DNA of 64,000 nucleotides. Origin: Leucoraja erinacea. Taxonomy: Eukaryota. Position 1 is the first letter of the stretch. The number at the start of each line of letters is the position of its first letter. The notes under the pieces were generated by a model. It saw nothing but the letters and a program-made list of their open reading frames with translations, was not told where the DNA came from and did not search any database. The position numbers were made by a program, and so were the translations under genes. The stretch is from assembly GCF_028641065.1 (NCBI RefSeq), contig NC_073392.1, forward strand, positions 21,328,001-21,392,000, in the 5' to 3' direction. This document shows, piece by piece, positions 39,525 to 53,019 of this stretch.

Positions 39525-39830
39525 GACAAGAGACAAGACAAGAGACATTTAGTGTCACATGTACCAATTGGTACAGTGAAATTTGTGGTCACCATACAGC
39601 CAATTGACTAAAAAAAAGAGCACAGAACACGATAGTCTTTAACATTGACATCCCCACACAGCAGAATCAAAGTTTCCCACTGTGAGGGAAGGTACCAAAG
39701 TTCAATCATCCTCCTCCGTTGTTCACCCGTGGTCGGGGGCCTCCCGAACCCCTCGCTGTCGCCGCTACGGGCGGCCAGATGTTCAGGCCCGCTCGCCGGT
39801 TGATGGAACTCCGACGTCGGAACGGGAGAA
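39525..39830 (-). mobile_element. Short retroposon nested in CR1 ORF2
   Basis: Interrupts at QPWLTRE; (tcttg)n tail; homologous to 22400-22680. Confidence 0.65.
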
Positions 39831-42447
39831 CATTAGAATAAAACGAAAAGAAAAGATGTATATCACAGTAAAGAATAGCCGGAAGCCAGAGGATTGGGAA
39901 ACAGGTACTACGAATCTGTCTTCACTAAGGAAGACACAAAAAATCTCCCAGATGTACTGGAGGACAGACGATCTAAGGGAGTAGAGGAACTGAAATAAAT
40001 TTTCATTAGGCGAGAAATAGTATTGGGTAGTAATGGGACTGAAGGATGATAAATCCCCAGGGCCTGATGGTCTGCATCCTAGGGTCCTCAGGGAGGTGGC
40101 TCTAGAAATAGTGGACGCATTGGTGATCATTTTCCAATGTTCAATCGATTCAGGATCAGTTCCTGTGGATTGGGAGATAGCTAATGTTATCCCACTTTTC
40201 AAGAAAGGAGTGAGAGAGAAAACGGGGAACTACAGACCAGTTAGCCTGACTTCGGTGGTGGGAAAGATGCTGGAGTCAATTATTAAAGAGGTAATAATGG
40301 GGCATTTGGATTGCAGTAAAAGGATTAGTCCAAGTAAACATGGATTTATGAAAGGGAAATCATGCTTGACTAATCTTCTGGAAGTTTTTGAGGATGTGAC
40401 AAGTAAAATGGATGAAGGGAAGCCAGTGGATGTAGTGTGTCTAGACTTTCAGAAAGCCATTGATAAGGTCCCGCACGGGAGACTGGTGACTAAAATTAGA
40501 GCACATGGTATTGGGGGTAGGATGTTGACCTGGATAGAAAATTGGTTGGCAGACGCTAAGCAAAGAGTAGGAGTGAATGGGTCCTTTTCAGAATGGCAGG
40601 CAGTGGCGAGTGGAGTGCCGCAAGTCTCGGTGTTGGGGCCGCAACTGTTTACCATATATATTAATGATTTGGAAGAGGGAATTAGGAGCAACACTAGCAA
40701 GTTTGCAGATGACACAAAGCTGGGTGGCAGTGTGAACTGTGAAGAGGATGTTAGGAGGTTGCAGGGTGACCTGGACAGGTTGAGTGAGTGGGCAGATGCG
40801 TGGAAGATTCAGTATAATATAGATAAATGTGAGGTTATCCACTTTGGCAGCAAAAACAATGGGGCAGATTATTATCTCATTGGGGTTAAGTTAGGTAAGG
40901 GGTCACTGAACGTTGGTGTGCAAGTACAGCAGGCAGTGAAGAAAGCTCATAAAATGTTGGCCTCCATAACAAGAGGATTTCAGTATAGGAGTAAAGAGGT
41001 CCTTCTGCAGTTGTATAGGGCTCTGGTAAGACCACATCTGGAGTATTGTGTACAGTTTTGGTCTCCTAATTTGAGGAAGGACATCCTTGTGATTGAGGCA
41101 GTGCAGAGTAGGTTCACGAGATGGCGGGACTGTCATATGAGAAAAGATTGAAAAGATAAGTTTGTATTTACTGGAATTTAGAAGGATGAGGGGGAATCTT
41201 ATAGAAACATATAAAATTATAAAAGGACTGGACAAGCTAGATGCAGGAAAAATGCTCCCAATGTTGGGCGAGTCCAGAACCAGGAGCCACACTTAGAATA
41301 AAGGCCATTTAAGATTGAGGTGAGAAAAGCTTTTTCACCCAGAGAGTTGTGAATTTGTGGAATTCCCTGCCACAGAGGACAGTGGATGCCAAATAACTGG
41401 ATGGATTTAAGAAAGAGTTAGATAGAGCTCTAGGGGCTAGTGGAATCAAAGTACATGGGGAGAAGGCAGGCACGGGTTATTGATTGGGGACGATCAGCCA
41501 TGATCACAATGAATGGTGGTGCTGGTTCGAAGGGCTGAATGGCCTCCTCCTGCACCTATTTTCTATGTTTCTAGTATGTAGATACAGACTATACAGAGTA
41601 TCCCCACACATAGGGGCAGTGATTAAGAACATGTATTTATACTCCAATAATCAGCAATTCAGCAATACCTTATCTACAGAGCACAGTACAGCCTCTTGCT
41701 TCTTAAGATTGACAGCTTCTTAAGATTGACAGCTTCTTCTGAGAGAGGAAGAGTTAGCCATATATGGTTATATGAGAAGGCTGTTTTTCTGCAGAACAAG
41801 CATTTTGTTTTTTTTTTGCTAAAAGGCGCACATTATAATCTTATAGAGCAAGGGTAAGAGCCGAGAGTCTGAACATCCTCTAAATTTTTATATTATAGAG
41901 GAGACATTCATGAAGTTGTGCTTGTTATCTCACTTGTGTTATTGGAAAAAGCACATAAACATCTTGTTAGCCTTGTTAGTTTAATAGGAGCAAGGGTAAC
42001 AGCTCTCTGCTGGCTTTGCAATTAGGAGAAAGGTAACAGAAAGGTCTTTGGTTTCAGCTGAATCCATTTATGTAAAGTTTAAATCTGTTAAACTTCCTCA
42101 AAAATGGATAAATTCCCACCAAGGTGGATAAATCCCAGGACCCAGAGTGCCTGCTTGCATGCCAATACCATGTGCATTATGGTAAAAATAGTGAGCTTGT
42201 GCTGAGTTTCCAGGTTAATCTTACTCTAAATGGAACAGTTATTGGGAAATATTGTTTGTGGTCTACAAACACGCCAAAATGTGTGGTAGATAACGTTTCA
42301 TGCCTCTGATTGGTGAAAATGCATAAGAAAAAATAACATATAAACATTTGCGTTCTTGCCATTATACTTACTGTTGCATTTAAAATATTATTACCCACCA
42401 TGATGTTTCTTTATGTTCTTATTTTCCTGATAATTTTTTCCCCGCAG

Positions 42448-42605
42448 GCGCAAAGGTGTGTATGGGCCACCTCTTGGAAAGTATTTTGTATTTTTCATTG
42501 ATGACCTGAATATGCCAGCTCTTGAGACATATGGAGCCCAGCCTCCCATTGAAATCTTGCGGCAATGGATGGATCATAAAGGCTGGTATGACAGGAAACT
42601 GATAG
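42448..42605 (+). CDS. DNAH1: DNAH1 exon ([43 protein letters not shown]...)
   Basis: cgcag|G...ATAG|gtatgt; 158 nt. Confidence 0.95.
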
Positions 42606-43969
42606 GTATGTTTTGACCTTTGTTTTTGTTCTACTATGCATTGTCTACTGCAAGGCTAATAATTACAACAAAACTACCAAACACAGCTAAGTCATTAATC
42701 ATGTCATCCTTGCACATCTGGCCTATGTGACTCTGACCTACCCTCTGATATCTTTCAGCCAGTTGAAGGGCCCTTTCAGTTGGATAATAAATGCTCGACA
42801 AGATAGTGTTTTCCACATTGCATGACAAAAAAATAAATTCTCACTGACTTTCATCTCCTCACCCTAGAACTTGCAATTTCCTAGAAATTAAATTAAATGT
42901 ACATGAATTGGCGAGCAGTGCAGGAAAAATTGGCAGTAAATATCATCCGAGTAACATTCAAATGCTGATGCTAAATAATTAAGTTGGTGTATCATTATTA
43001 TTTCAAACACGTGATTGGGTTTCTTAGATTTTGGGGTCTTTGAGGTTTCACCCTCTTGGTACACATTTTCAGAGATCTCTGAACAAATTGTTGGTGCATC
43101 TTGAAACCGAGATTCTGCCAAATCAGAAATGGAGAGAAATCAGGTAGTTAGGCCACAAAGTAGGCCACTTTTTCTTAAGTCTTTCAAATAGACATATGTG
43201 TTGCATTAGGGACCTGATGGGTGAACGAGTCTGAAATAGGTGTTCAATCTGCCAACTACACCCAAGGGGTCTGGGCATTTGGCAGGGCATCTGGGCAATG
43301 GAAATGTGGCTATAAAACAGAACATAGACAAATTGGTTCACTAAAGATTAAATACTATATAAATGTTCAGAATCACTAGAAGGAGGTGGAGCTCAACTGG
43401 GTTTGGATTGGCTTCAGCACCCAGTGAACAGTTAAAGTGCAATACAATACAATACAATAATACTTTATTGGCCAAGTATGTTTACAAACATACGAGGAAT
43501 TTAATTTGCCAAGTCAGTCATACAATAAGTATGATAATAAGTAGATGATGTGAAAAACAATTTTGGGACATTTAGATAAGTAATAATGTGGAGGTATAGA
43601 AGTAGGTGGTGAAAAAAATAGATGAAATGAACTGGGACGAGGTTTATATGAAACAAAAACCAGGCATACTTCTTGAATGAAAGGTCTATGTGGTTTTGCC
43701 GTTTGTTTTCAGACCTCATCTACAAGATGACAGAAACGGAGGTGACCTTCTAGCACATTAGCTTTGGGGCAGAAGAGAAATAACTTTGACTTCTGGCTTG
43801 GGCAAGTGCTCAATTTATTTGAAATGTCCAGGGAAAATTATTTAATAGGTTTTATTGAAACATGCAGCACCTGAGGGTACTCCAATTAGCTAGTTGTAAA
43901 GGAAACTAGACGTTGTCCATAGTCCTTTAACTAGGTCTTTATTTAAACACTAATAACACACGTTCCAGT

Positions 43970-44189
43970 ACTACACCCAAGGGGTCTGGGCATTTGGCAG
44001 GGCATCTGGGCAATGGAAATGTGGCTATAAAACAGAACATAGACAAATTGGTTCACTAAAGATTAAATACTATATAAATGTTCAGAATCACTAGAAGGAG
44101 GTGGAGCTCAACTGGGTTTGGATTGGCTTCAGCACCCAGTGAACAGTTAAAGTGCAATACAATACAATACAATAATACTTTATTGGCCA
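43970..44189 (+). repeat. 220-bp exact duplicate of 43255-43474 inserted in the LTR
   Basis: actacacccaaggggtctggg...tactttattggcca present at both sites. Confidence 0.95.
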
Positions 44190-44783
44190 TACTTTAGGTT
44201 CCAGTCCACAACTGGTCTACACACGTACTGGAACCTAACAGGGAGGGAACATGCAGACACTACAGTTATACTATAGAATGTGGGAGGGACGATATGCTAA
44301 TGAGGTAGTTACATATATGGTTGCATGCATAACCATCTACATCCCTTCCCGTAAGATAAATAGCAGCAGCAGGCAATTATACAGACCTGCACATAATAAC
44401 AATAATGGTCAGTGAACATCTCAAACTAAGCATAATCACCATACCGATCAGGGGCCCGCACAACTCTGCCAGAGCGGGTCCGTACACCACCCTCACTCCC
44501 CTCTCCCAAAGGCAAAGGCAGCGAAGACCGGGGGGACGGAACAGGCAGTAACGCAGGTCGGGGACTAGAAACCGGCGAGGCAAAAGACGAACTAGAAGGG
44601 GAGGACGAAGAAGAAGAACCGACAGGAGAGGACCGTGGGGAAAGAACAGGAGAGCCGAAATCATGTTTCACAGGAGCAGGTTGGGTAGGCGCAGGAATGA
44701 CAGCAGGGGCACATGGGATAGCCCGAGGGGGAGAAACAGGTAAAGGAGTGGATGTGGACGGGAAAGGGATCGGTGGAGGAGGC

Positions 44784-45770
44784 TCACGGACAGCACGCAA
44801 ATGCTGGCAACTGCGACGATATACAGTGCCCTCGTAATCCAGAGCGAGGGGAGTCAGCCAGCCCTACAACAGTAGCAAGCTTGGAAAAACCAGTAGGAGT
44901 CTGCATGCGAACCACCTGGCCCGCGGAGAGGGAAGGTAGAGGACGACAAGACTTGTCATGAGACCGACGCTGGATCTCATGGCGATGAGAGATGCGGCAG
45001 TGGACCGCCTCAGGGGAACGAACCACAGGAGTCAGGGATTGTTGAGAAATAGGCATAGGAGGACGGAGGACGCGAGACATGAGCCGTTGGGCAGGAGAAC
45101 CCAAAACCCCATCGCGAGAAACATTACGCAAATTCAAAAGTCCTTGGTAAAAATCACAATTTGATAAACGAGACTGTTCCAACAAAGTCTTAGCACTGCG
45201 CACAGCACGTTCTGCCAGCCCGTTGCTCTGAGGGAATTCCGGGCTGCTAGTGTAATGGGCAAAGTTCCACTTAGTCGCAAAGGCAGCGAATTCAGCACTA
45301 GTGAACTGCTGGCCGTTGTCAGTTTGAAGCTTCACTGGAGAGCCAAACGTGGCAAAGTGACGGCGCAGCTTACTGATGACCATCTCCGAGGTGATGGTGG
45401 GAAGAAGGTCCACATCAAACCAAGATGAATATGAGTCAACAAGTACCAGATAGTTCTTCCCACGCCACTCAAAGATATCGGCGGCCAGCGAAGACCAGGG
45501 CATTTCAGGTGCCGGCTGTTGTAGCAGGGGCTGTCGTTGATGGTGAGGGGCCATGGAGTTGCAAGCAGCACACGCAGCAACCCGAGCCTTGATGTACTTG
45601 GCCATAGCAGGCCAATAGTATTGCCCTTGGGCATGGGCAACGGTGGCGTCTGCACCTGGGTGCCCGGAGTGTGCAGCCGTATAGTAGGCGTCATACAACG
45701 AGGCAGGAATAACCACTTTTGTGACCCTTAATGACAATACCATCCTGAAGTACAAGCTCGTCCCGAACAA
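44784..45770 (-). pseudogene. Gypsy integrase domain
   Basis: HSGHPG...CAAC; DIF...VDSYS...TDNG...SNGLAERAV. Confidence 0.9.
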
Positions 45771-46736
45771 GGAAGAACGGCCTCACGGCAGCAGGCAGGG
45801 AGTGTGGCTTGCAGTGGAAAGTTACCCTCCCCACAGGAGTCAGCTCCCCACAGGGTCTTCGCAGGGTCGGGCTTCAGACCCCGAGAGGTGAAAATGTGTC
45901 CGACGTAAGAGACCTCAGACAGCCGGAACCGGCACTTGGAGGGATTCAGCTTGAGGTTTATCTGACGAACACGGTCGAGTACCCGGCGGAGATTACGGTC
46001 ATGCTCCTCGACATCCCGGCTGTACACAAGGATGTCATCTACAATGATGGCACATGGGAGCCCTGCAAACAACTGCTCCATGGAGCGCTGGAAAACCTCG
46101 CTGGCGGAGCTAATCCCGAAAGGCATTCTGAGGAACTTGTACCTCCCATGTAAAGGAAACTAGACGTTGTCCATAGTCCTTTAACTAGGTCTTTATTTAA
46201 ACACTAATAACACACGTTCCAGTACTAACCACAACTGGTCTACACACGTACTGGAACCTAACAGGGAGGGAACATGCAGACACTACAGTTATACTATAGA
46301 ATGTGGGAGGGACGATATGCTAATGAGGTAGTTACATATATGGTTGCATGCATAACCATCTACACTAGTAATTAAAATGCTGTCGTTGTTCTATGACATT
46401 GGGGTCTCATTTACACGTTAATAACCCAGGCAAGTGCCTTAGCCACCAAAAACAGGCCTTGTTAAGGCGGGTGGAAAATAGTGTGGGTGAGATCCTCGGT
46501 TTTGGAAGATGATTTTAATGGTGTCACCATTCTTGCCAGCTCAGGTAAGTTAAATTTGTTTCAGAGTTATTTATAAAATTATTATTTTAATACTGCAAAT
46601 AAACGTGATTTCCCAGGAAACGTGTGGAAAAATTAACATCTGATCAGATATTCACTTTCAAAACGTCAAACTAGCAGGAATATAATATTGAGTCAGATGC
46701 TTTTGCTCTGACATACAGTATGCCCTCATTTTGCAG

Positions 46737-46910
46737 GAAGATTTAAACAACTAATGGATATCAACTTTGTCTGTGCCATGGGACCACCGGGTGGAGGAAG
46801 AAACCAAATTACTGCACGATTTTCCCGCCATTTCAATTATCTATCTTTTATTGAAATGAATGACAACAGCAAACTGAAAATATTTTCCACAATCTTGGAC
46901 AGCTGGTTGG
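46737..46910 (+). CDS. DNAH1: DNAH1 exon (RFKQLMDINFVCAMGPPGGGRNQITARFSRHF...DSWL)
   Basis: tgcag|GA...TTGG|gtgagt; 174 nt, phase 1-1. Confidence 0.95.
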
Positions 46911-47319
46911 GTGAGTGCCTCAAATAGAGATTATACCCCTTTTAAGATCCAGTGAAAATATTCAGACATTAAATTAATTTTAGAGGTGAAAAATGGAAGA
47001 TGAAAAGCCCTGTGAGGGAACCTATCAATGTTTAAAAAAGTGGCATTGCCAAATCTTACAACACACAAGGATGCAACTCATTGTGCCTGTCCCAGCGCTT
47101 TGAAGGAGCTTGCAACTGATTCTGATCTTAGGTCTATCCAGCAATTTCCACCTCCTCATAGGTAATATCCAGTTCTGTTTTGTAAGTCATTGTTGAACAT
47201 GCTTCCACAATTCATTCAATTCATTCTGCATCATAGTATCCTATTGTGTAATATAGTATAAATACATTTATTTCATGAACATAATCAGAAAATTAAGCAC
47301 ATTAGATTTTAATTTAGGA

Positions 47320-50300
47320 TTTTACTTCGAAGTCACGTGAGTGACTACGTGAACAACCCTGTACAGCCGCACGTGCATCATTACGTCAGACAAAGCTCCT
47401 CCAGCGAGTAAGTTTAAACTTCAGGTAAGTTTGTATTTCTTACCTGTTTTGTTTCCTTGCAGGAACCTCTTGTTCCAGAGGCTTCCTGCCGGATGATTCG
47501 CGAGGACCGACGAGGGAACCAGCTATGGGCTGCGGGGTAAACCCGGTTCTCGCCGCGGAAGCGGATAGCTGGGGAATGTCGGCTTTCGCAAGGTCAGTCG
47601 CTGACGGGGTGGTCAGTGATTTTCAGGCGCTCCGGGTGCCGGGAGGGTTTCCCTCCAACAGGCATAAGAAGCTGGGGTTCCCGGGGAGGGGACCTCCAGA
47701 AGACCGGGTGTCGGGAGGGTTTCTCTCCGATATAAATATAGATGCTGTGGTTCCCGGGGAGGGGACAACCAGCAGACCGGGTGTTGGGAGGATTTTCCCC
47801 GATATACATATAGATCCTGGGGTTCCTGGGTAGGGGACATCCAGTAGTAATGTGGCTCTCAGACCGCAGGGGTCCCCAGGACAGGGGTTAAACAGACCGG
47901 AACGGTCAGCCCTGGTGCTGGTAGGGTTTTTCCCTCCGGTAATATATATGGGCGCTGGGGTTCCCGGGGAGGGGAAATCCAGCAGCAATGCGGTGTCCAG
48001 ACCGCAGAGGTCCCCAAGATATGGGGTAAACCGACCAAAGTGGTCAGCCCTGGTGCCGGGAGGGTTCCCTTCCGGTAAGGAGAAAAAATTTGGAGGCTGG
48101 CCAGGATGGAGCCCTAATGGAGAGGAGGCTCATTCTAGATACACTCTAACAGCAGGAGTTGTGTCAGTGTGGGACTATTGCTCTAGGCCGTGCCAGCAGC
48201 GCTTTGTAATAGGGCTGCTTAATGTATGGCAGCAGCACCTGTAGAAGGGCTGCATAATGTCTCCCTCATGGAGAAGGTGAGCTTACCGGGGCAGTTTTGT
48301 TCTGACCCTGAAGTTCTGACCCTGAAGTATTGCAGAACAGCATACCCCAAGGCATGGAAGTCGCCGGGTCAGTATTAGGCTGACGCCAAGCCCATGCCAG
48401 CGTCGGCCTGTTGGAGAGGCCGCGCTAGCAGCGCCTTGTAGCAGGGCTGCTTAATGTCTCCCTCATGGAGGAGGAGAGCATGCTGGGTCAGTATAAATCT
48501 GACGCTGAGGTTGAGGGTATAGCCGTGGAGCATACCTCAAGGGATGAAGGGCACGTGTCAGAGGTACCATTCCTGGCAGCAAGGTTGCCATCCCAACACA
48601 ATGCAGTGAACACCGCTATCAGGGGACGTTAGAGCCACTCGTCAAATCTTCTATTCAGGTAAGACCTATTCCACAGGCAAAACCTGGAGGACGAAGCATA
48701 AGCTGTCGGAACAATTAGGCCACCGACGAGGAAGTCTTCATAGTTCGGTGACAACGCACCCCACGGCTTCATCGGCAGTAAGCGGTTCACTGAAGCTGGT
48801 AGCAGCATGAAATCTGACCGGAGTTACTCTGCAACTATGTGACCACGAACAAGTTGGGAAGATTTAAAATTGGTTGTACAATACACAAATGATTAAGACA
48901 TTGTCATCTACTCAGAGGCATTAAACCAGGTAAAACTGGACATTACTAGTATTCCAAGAAGGTTGGAATTGGGCCAGAATTGTGTTGAGCCAGGTTCAGT
49001 ATTTTAGCCAGGTTTGCCTTCGAGACAGGCTCGGAGATATGGGCAGAATTGTCTTTCAAGGCAAGGTCAGAATTATGGCAAGAGTTGTCTTGGGACATGT
49101 GAGAATTATCGGAACCAGGCCAGAGTTGCCGTTCAGGGCAGACACAAAATGATGGCAGGCGTGGCCTGGTCATTATGAAAGAAGGGTGATTAAACTGATT
49201 TCATTGAGTTTTCCATTGTGGAAAACAGTGATCATCAGAGATATTTGGAGGCATTGCTATGATGAGGCGATTTAACAGTATGATGACAATAAATCATTCA
49301 AAGGACTACTCGGAGTTCAAAAACACTTGTTATGTATTGCCTGAATTATATTTTGACGCTGTATTTGGCTAAAATCCACTGTTTCAGTCTCAAACTACTT
49401 GAGAAATAGTTCTCCTCTATCCAGTTAAATTAAGTTGAGCAACAGATTGGAGTCAATAGAAACCTGGAACAGCCTTGTTGTTATAAAGCAGTTTTCTATT
49501 CATTAGACGAATTGGCATTGTAATAGATGTGATGCAGCTGTGCAAGTGGGAGAATTGACAGCATGCTTAATGGCAAACTATAAAGGGCCAGGAAGGTAGT
49601 TGATAACACACCTTTGCTATTACCAGCTGAAGCTACTAAAGTCACTATGATGGACAAACAGTATTCAGCATTGCTCCAGTAGTTGATCAATAAATATGTC
49701 ATTATATTGCAAAATGATGCTAATGGCCTAAGGTGGGAAAATGCGAATGTCATCGCTAGTTGGAGGTGGAGGAGATTTGCATGAGTTATTAATTCTTCAG
49801 TTATTGGTATCAACTATCTATAGACACTACGTGCATTTTATGGGTTAAAGAGTGATTGAACGAATATGCATAGCTGCATGCTCAACTTCATGTTGATACA
49901 CTATGATGGTGGCATATGATAATCACGGGGGTGCAATCAAGTAAAAGAATCCTGTAATAGGTACATAATCTCATTTGCCACTGGAGTATCATCAAGTACA
50001 GATCAATGACAACACAGAATGGGTGTTGGACCACACCGTATTTATGAAATTCTGATTCAATGCAACACCAAATATAGATATGTTGTTTTCATGCTAATTC
50101 ACAGGTTGCAAAAATGTGTGGCATAACAGTGGCGAAAGATACATTCTCGCTACAAGCAGGAGGAATGGTCTTTTATGTCTTCCTCCATTTTGCTTTATGA
50201 GTCGGGTCTTGAAATAAAGTCATCACGAGCCCGCTTTAGGTTCCAGCTGTGGGATTGGCCTATGCAGTTTGATTCCCGATTTGTCGGGAATAATAATAAT

Positions 50301-51802
50301 AATGCAACCTTGTATGGTTATTTTAAACGTAACTTACTGGTTCAGCCTGTGGCTCGGGAAATCAGCTGTTGCATGATAAAATCAATTTATGTTCTACAGA
50401 TTCTCAATAGACTGCCTACGGCTTGGGTTGTCACACCTATTCTTGTATATATTAATAGTGCTGGAATAGTACCAAAAAGCAGTACTTTGCTTCTTCAGGA
50501 GATGGGAAGCATTTGTTTGATGTCACATTTAAAATGGTACAGATTGGAGCTATTGGAGTTCATTTTAAATGGTCTTTGACAATATTGAGTTGTAGGGTCA
50601 TTAACTGTGCCAAGGTGCTTTCCATCAGGTTTACTGCATCAAACGAGATCTACTTTGTTGGGTTAACCCCGGATATCGAGTTAGTAAAGGATATCTTTAA
50701 CACAAGTACAATGCAGTATGGGAGGTTGACGTTGTGTTAACACTATTTCACCAGGGGGTTCCAGCTACACTCTTAGCTTTGGCAGGATCCTCCTGGCACT
50801 GGTTTAGCACAACAGGTCACTCGCTACATAATTGTTACAGGAGAGGATGATTACATCTGCAAATATATGTATAGTATTTTATGTTATAATTTATTTAAGC
50901 AGAGCAGTAGGGGGTGTCAGGTCTCAAAATAGGTCAAGGCATACCTGGGGACCTTTTGTTATGTGAGGGCACACATATACAACAATACGTCAAGGTCACC
51001 AAGAGCCTTTGAGACTCTGAGCTAGCTATGATTGTTAGTTACAAAAAATGTTATAAGAACGTATCTGTTCAGATCTTGCCAGGTGTTAAAACGGAGTTGA
51101 GTTATGCAGGAGTAGATACAGATCCGGATCTCACTACGCCAGGGCTGCTATAACAGCAGCAGCAAGGGTTAATTACGTTCCGCTGGACCACATCCTAACG
51201 GCTGTAGCGTAGTCAAATGAACGAATTTTCAAACATTTTATAATAACCCGTTGCCAGACCAGGGGTATTTCTCAATTTATTTTACGTTCTGTTATAGGTT
51301 CCATCCGGATGAGAGATGTGACTATTGTTATTACTTTATTTAACAGCATCAGCATGTTTAAATCTATGTCATGACTGTATGCATTATGAATGTTTTCCCT
51401 CATTTGTCAATGGGGCAGTTGTGGTTGTGTTGACGTTTCTCACGGCATGAAATCACAGAGCTTTGAAATCTTCACGTAGTCACTCACGTGACTCCGAAGT
51501 AAAATAGTAAGATTAAACGAGAACTTACCAGTTTGAAGTTTGATCTTTATTTTATGAGGAGTTACGATGAGGGACTACGTGCCCTCTGCTCCCAGCCCTC
51601 ATAAAGGTCATCTGGTAGTTCTAGTCTTCTTTCATCTTACTATTATACTTCAGTCACTATTATCTGTGATTTCACATCGCTGCTTTGAAGATTGACGCAC
51701 GTGCGGCTGTACAGGGTTCTTCATGTAGTCCCTCATCGTAACGCCTCATAAAATAAAGATCAAACTTCAAACTGGTAAGTTCTCATTTAATCTTACTATT
51801 TT
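47320..51802 (+). mobile_element. DIRS1-like tyrosine-recombinase retrotransposon, coding region decayed
   Basis: Inverted termini; ICR 51471-51581 complementary to both ends; YR C-terminal remnant near 51070-51250 (ELSYAGVDT...RAAITAAA...VPLDHIL...SNERIFKHFYN). Confidence 0.88.
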
Positions 51803-52484
51803 GTAAATTATAAAAATGTGTCAATTACACCAATAGGGTACACCTAAACAGGAAAAATCTGCTGCAATTCAAGATTATATCAGAAAACCTGCAAACTGAA
51901 CAGCTAAGAAGCAAACACACTTTAATTTAGAAAAAAAGTAAAGCAATCCACATTGGTAGAAGAAATTAGAAAAAAATTACCTACTCCTTAAAAACAAGGA
52001 ATGGGGTAAAAGAATACAGGAACCTAAATATGCAAAGAAATAAACCATTAAAAAAGCAGGATTAATTGTCAGCAAAGAAATTAAATATCCTTGCAAACTA
52101 AATTCTAATGTAACAAAGCTGCATTATACTTGGAATACTGTACACATGTGAAGGATTAAATAGATTGGGACTTTTCCTTTTAAAATTAAATAACTTGGAG
52201 CAAGCCTGACAGAAATCTTTAAAAGGATAGAGTCAAAATTAATGCTCTGAAAATAGGGACCATAAATGCTCAGTAATTTCTAACAAATCCAGTAAAAAAT
52301 GCAGAAATAGAGGAATGGTTGAAGTAAATAACTGAAGTAAATATACTGGACAATATTTTTGTTAAGGATTGGCTTTCTCTTATTCAAATCAAAACCATAA
52401 AATAATAGTCAAGTAAAAATACTTCTTGTTCATTATATTATGAATATATTAAATATTATATAACATTATTAATATGATCCTACT

Positions 52485-52825
52485 TTATTGGGATATAGGC
52501 CCCCAAATAGTCAATGTGAATTAGAGGAACAAATATGCCGGGACCTTGCAGGCAACAGCAAGAATAATAGGGTTGTCATAGTAGGGGATTTTAAACTTTC
52601 CTAATACAGACTGGGACGACTATTGTGCAATGGACTCAGATGGGGTGGAATTTGTCAAATGTGTTTAGGAGAGTTTCCTCAGGTAATATGTAGAGCATCC
52701 TACAAGGGATGGAAGTAGCTTGACTTGCTCTTATGGACAGACTGGACAAGTGACTGAAGTGTCAGCGGGCGAGCCTTTTGGAACCTTTGACCACAGTTAT
52801 ATTAGCTTTAAAATAGTGAAAGTAG
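52485..52825 (+). mobile_element. CR1 APE fragment
   Basis: YRPPNS, NRVVIVGDF, FGTFDH. Confidence 0.75.
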
Positions 52826-53019
52826 AAGCTACAGATGCTGCTTTACAAAAACTACCATAAAAGGCTGGAGTAAAAACTTGTGAAATCCATATCGCTGCAT
52901 TCCTTGCATATACTGTACATTTGCCTATCTACAGGCCACTTAAATGTCACTTTTGTATCACCATCACCTCTCCCAGCACGTTCCAGGCACCCATCACTCT
53001 CTGTAATATCTGCCATTTC

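Larger units (their letters stand above)
37780..41573 (+). mobile_element. Near full-length CR1 LINE: ORF1 SGNH esterase, ORF2 APE and RT, 3' tail; two nested insertions
   Basis: ORF1 VLHVGTNN...RDGLALN; APE YMNAR, ITETWL, IYRP, DFN, SDH; RT 40033-41151 with FADD. Confidence 0.93.
43895..46364 (-). mobile_element. Ty3/Gypsy LTR retrotransposon, internally deleted
   Basis: TG...CA LTRs at 46149-46364 and 43895-44341; 5-bp TSD ctagt; PPT gggaaggga; RT MPFGISSASEVFQ/IVDDIL; integrase HHCC and DDE. Confidence 0.95.

Noticed and set aside
41700-41739. 17-bp tandem duplication (also a 23-bp one at 33748-33793)
   Set aside because: Ordinary slippage duplications with no further structure
47525-48244. 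Pro/Gly-rich ORFs on both strands
   Set aside because: Degenerate GC-rich repeats inside the DIRS element; no recognisable domain
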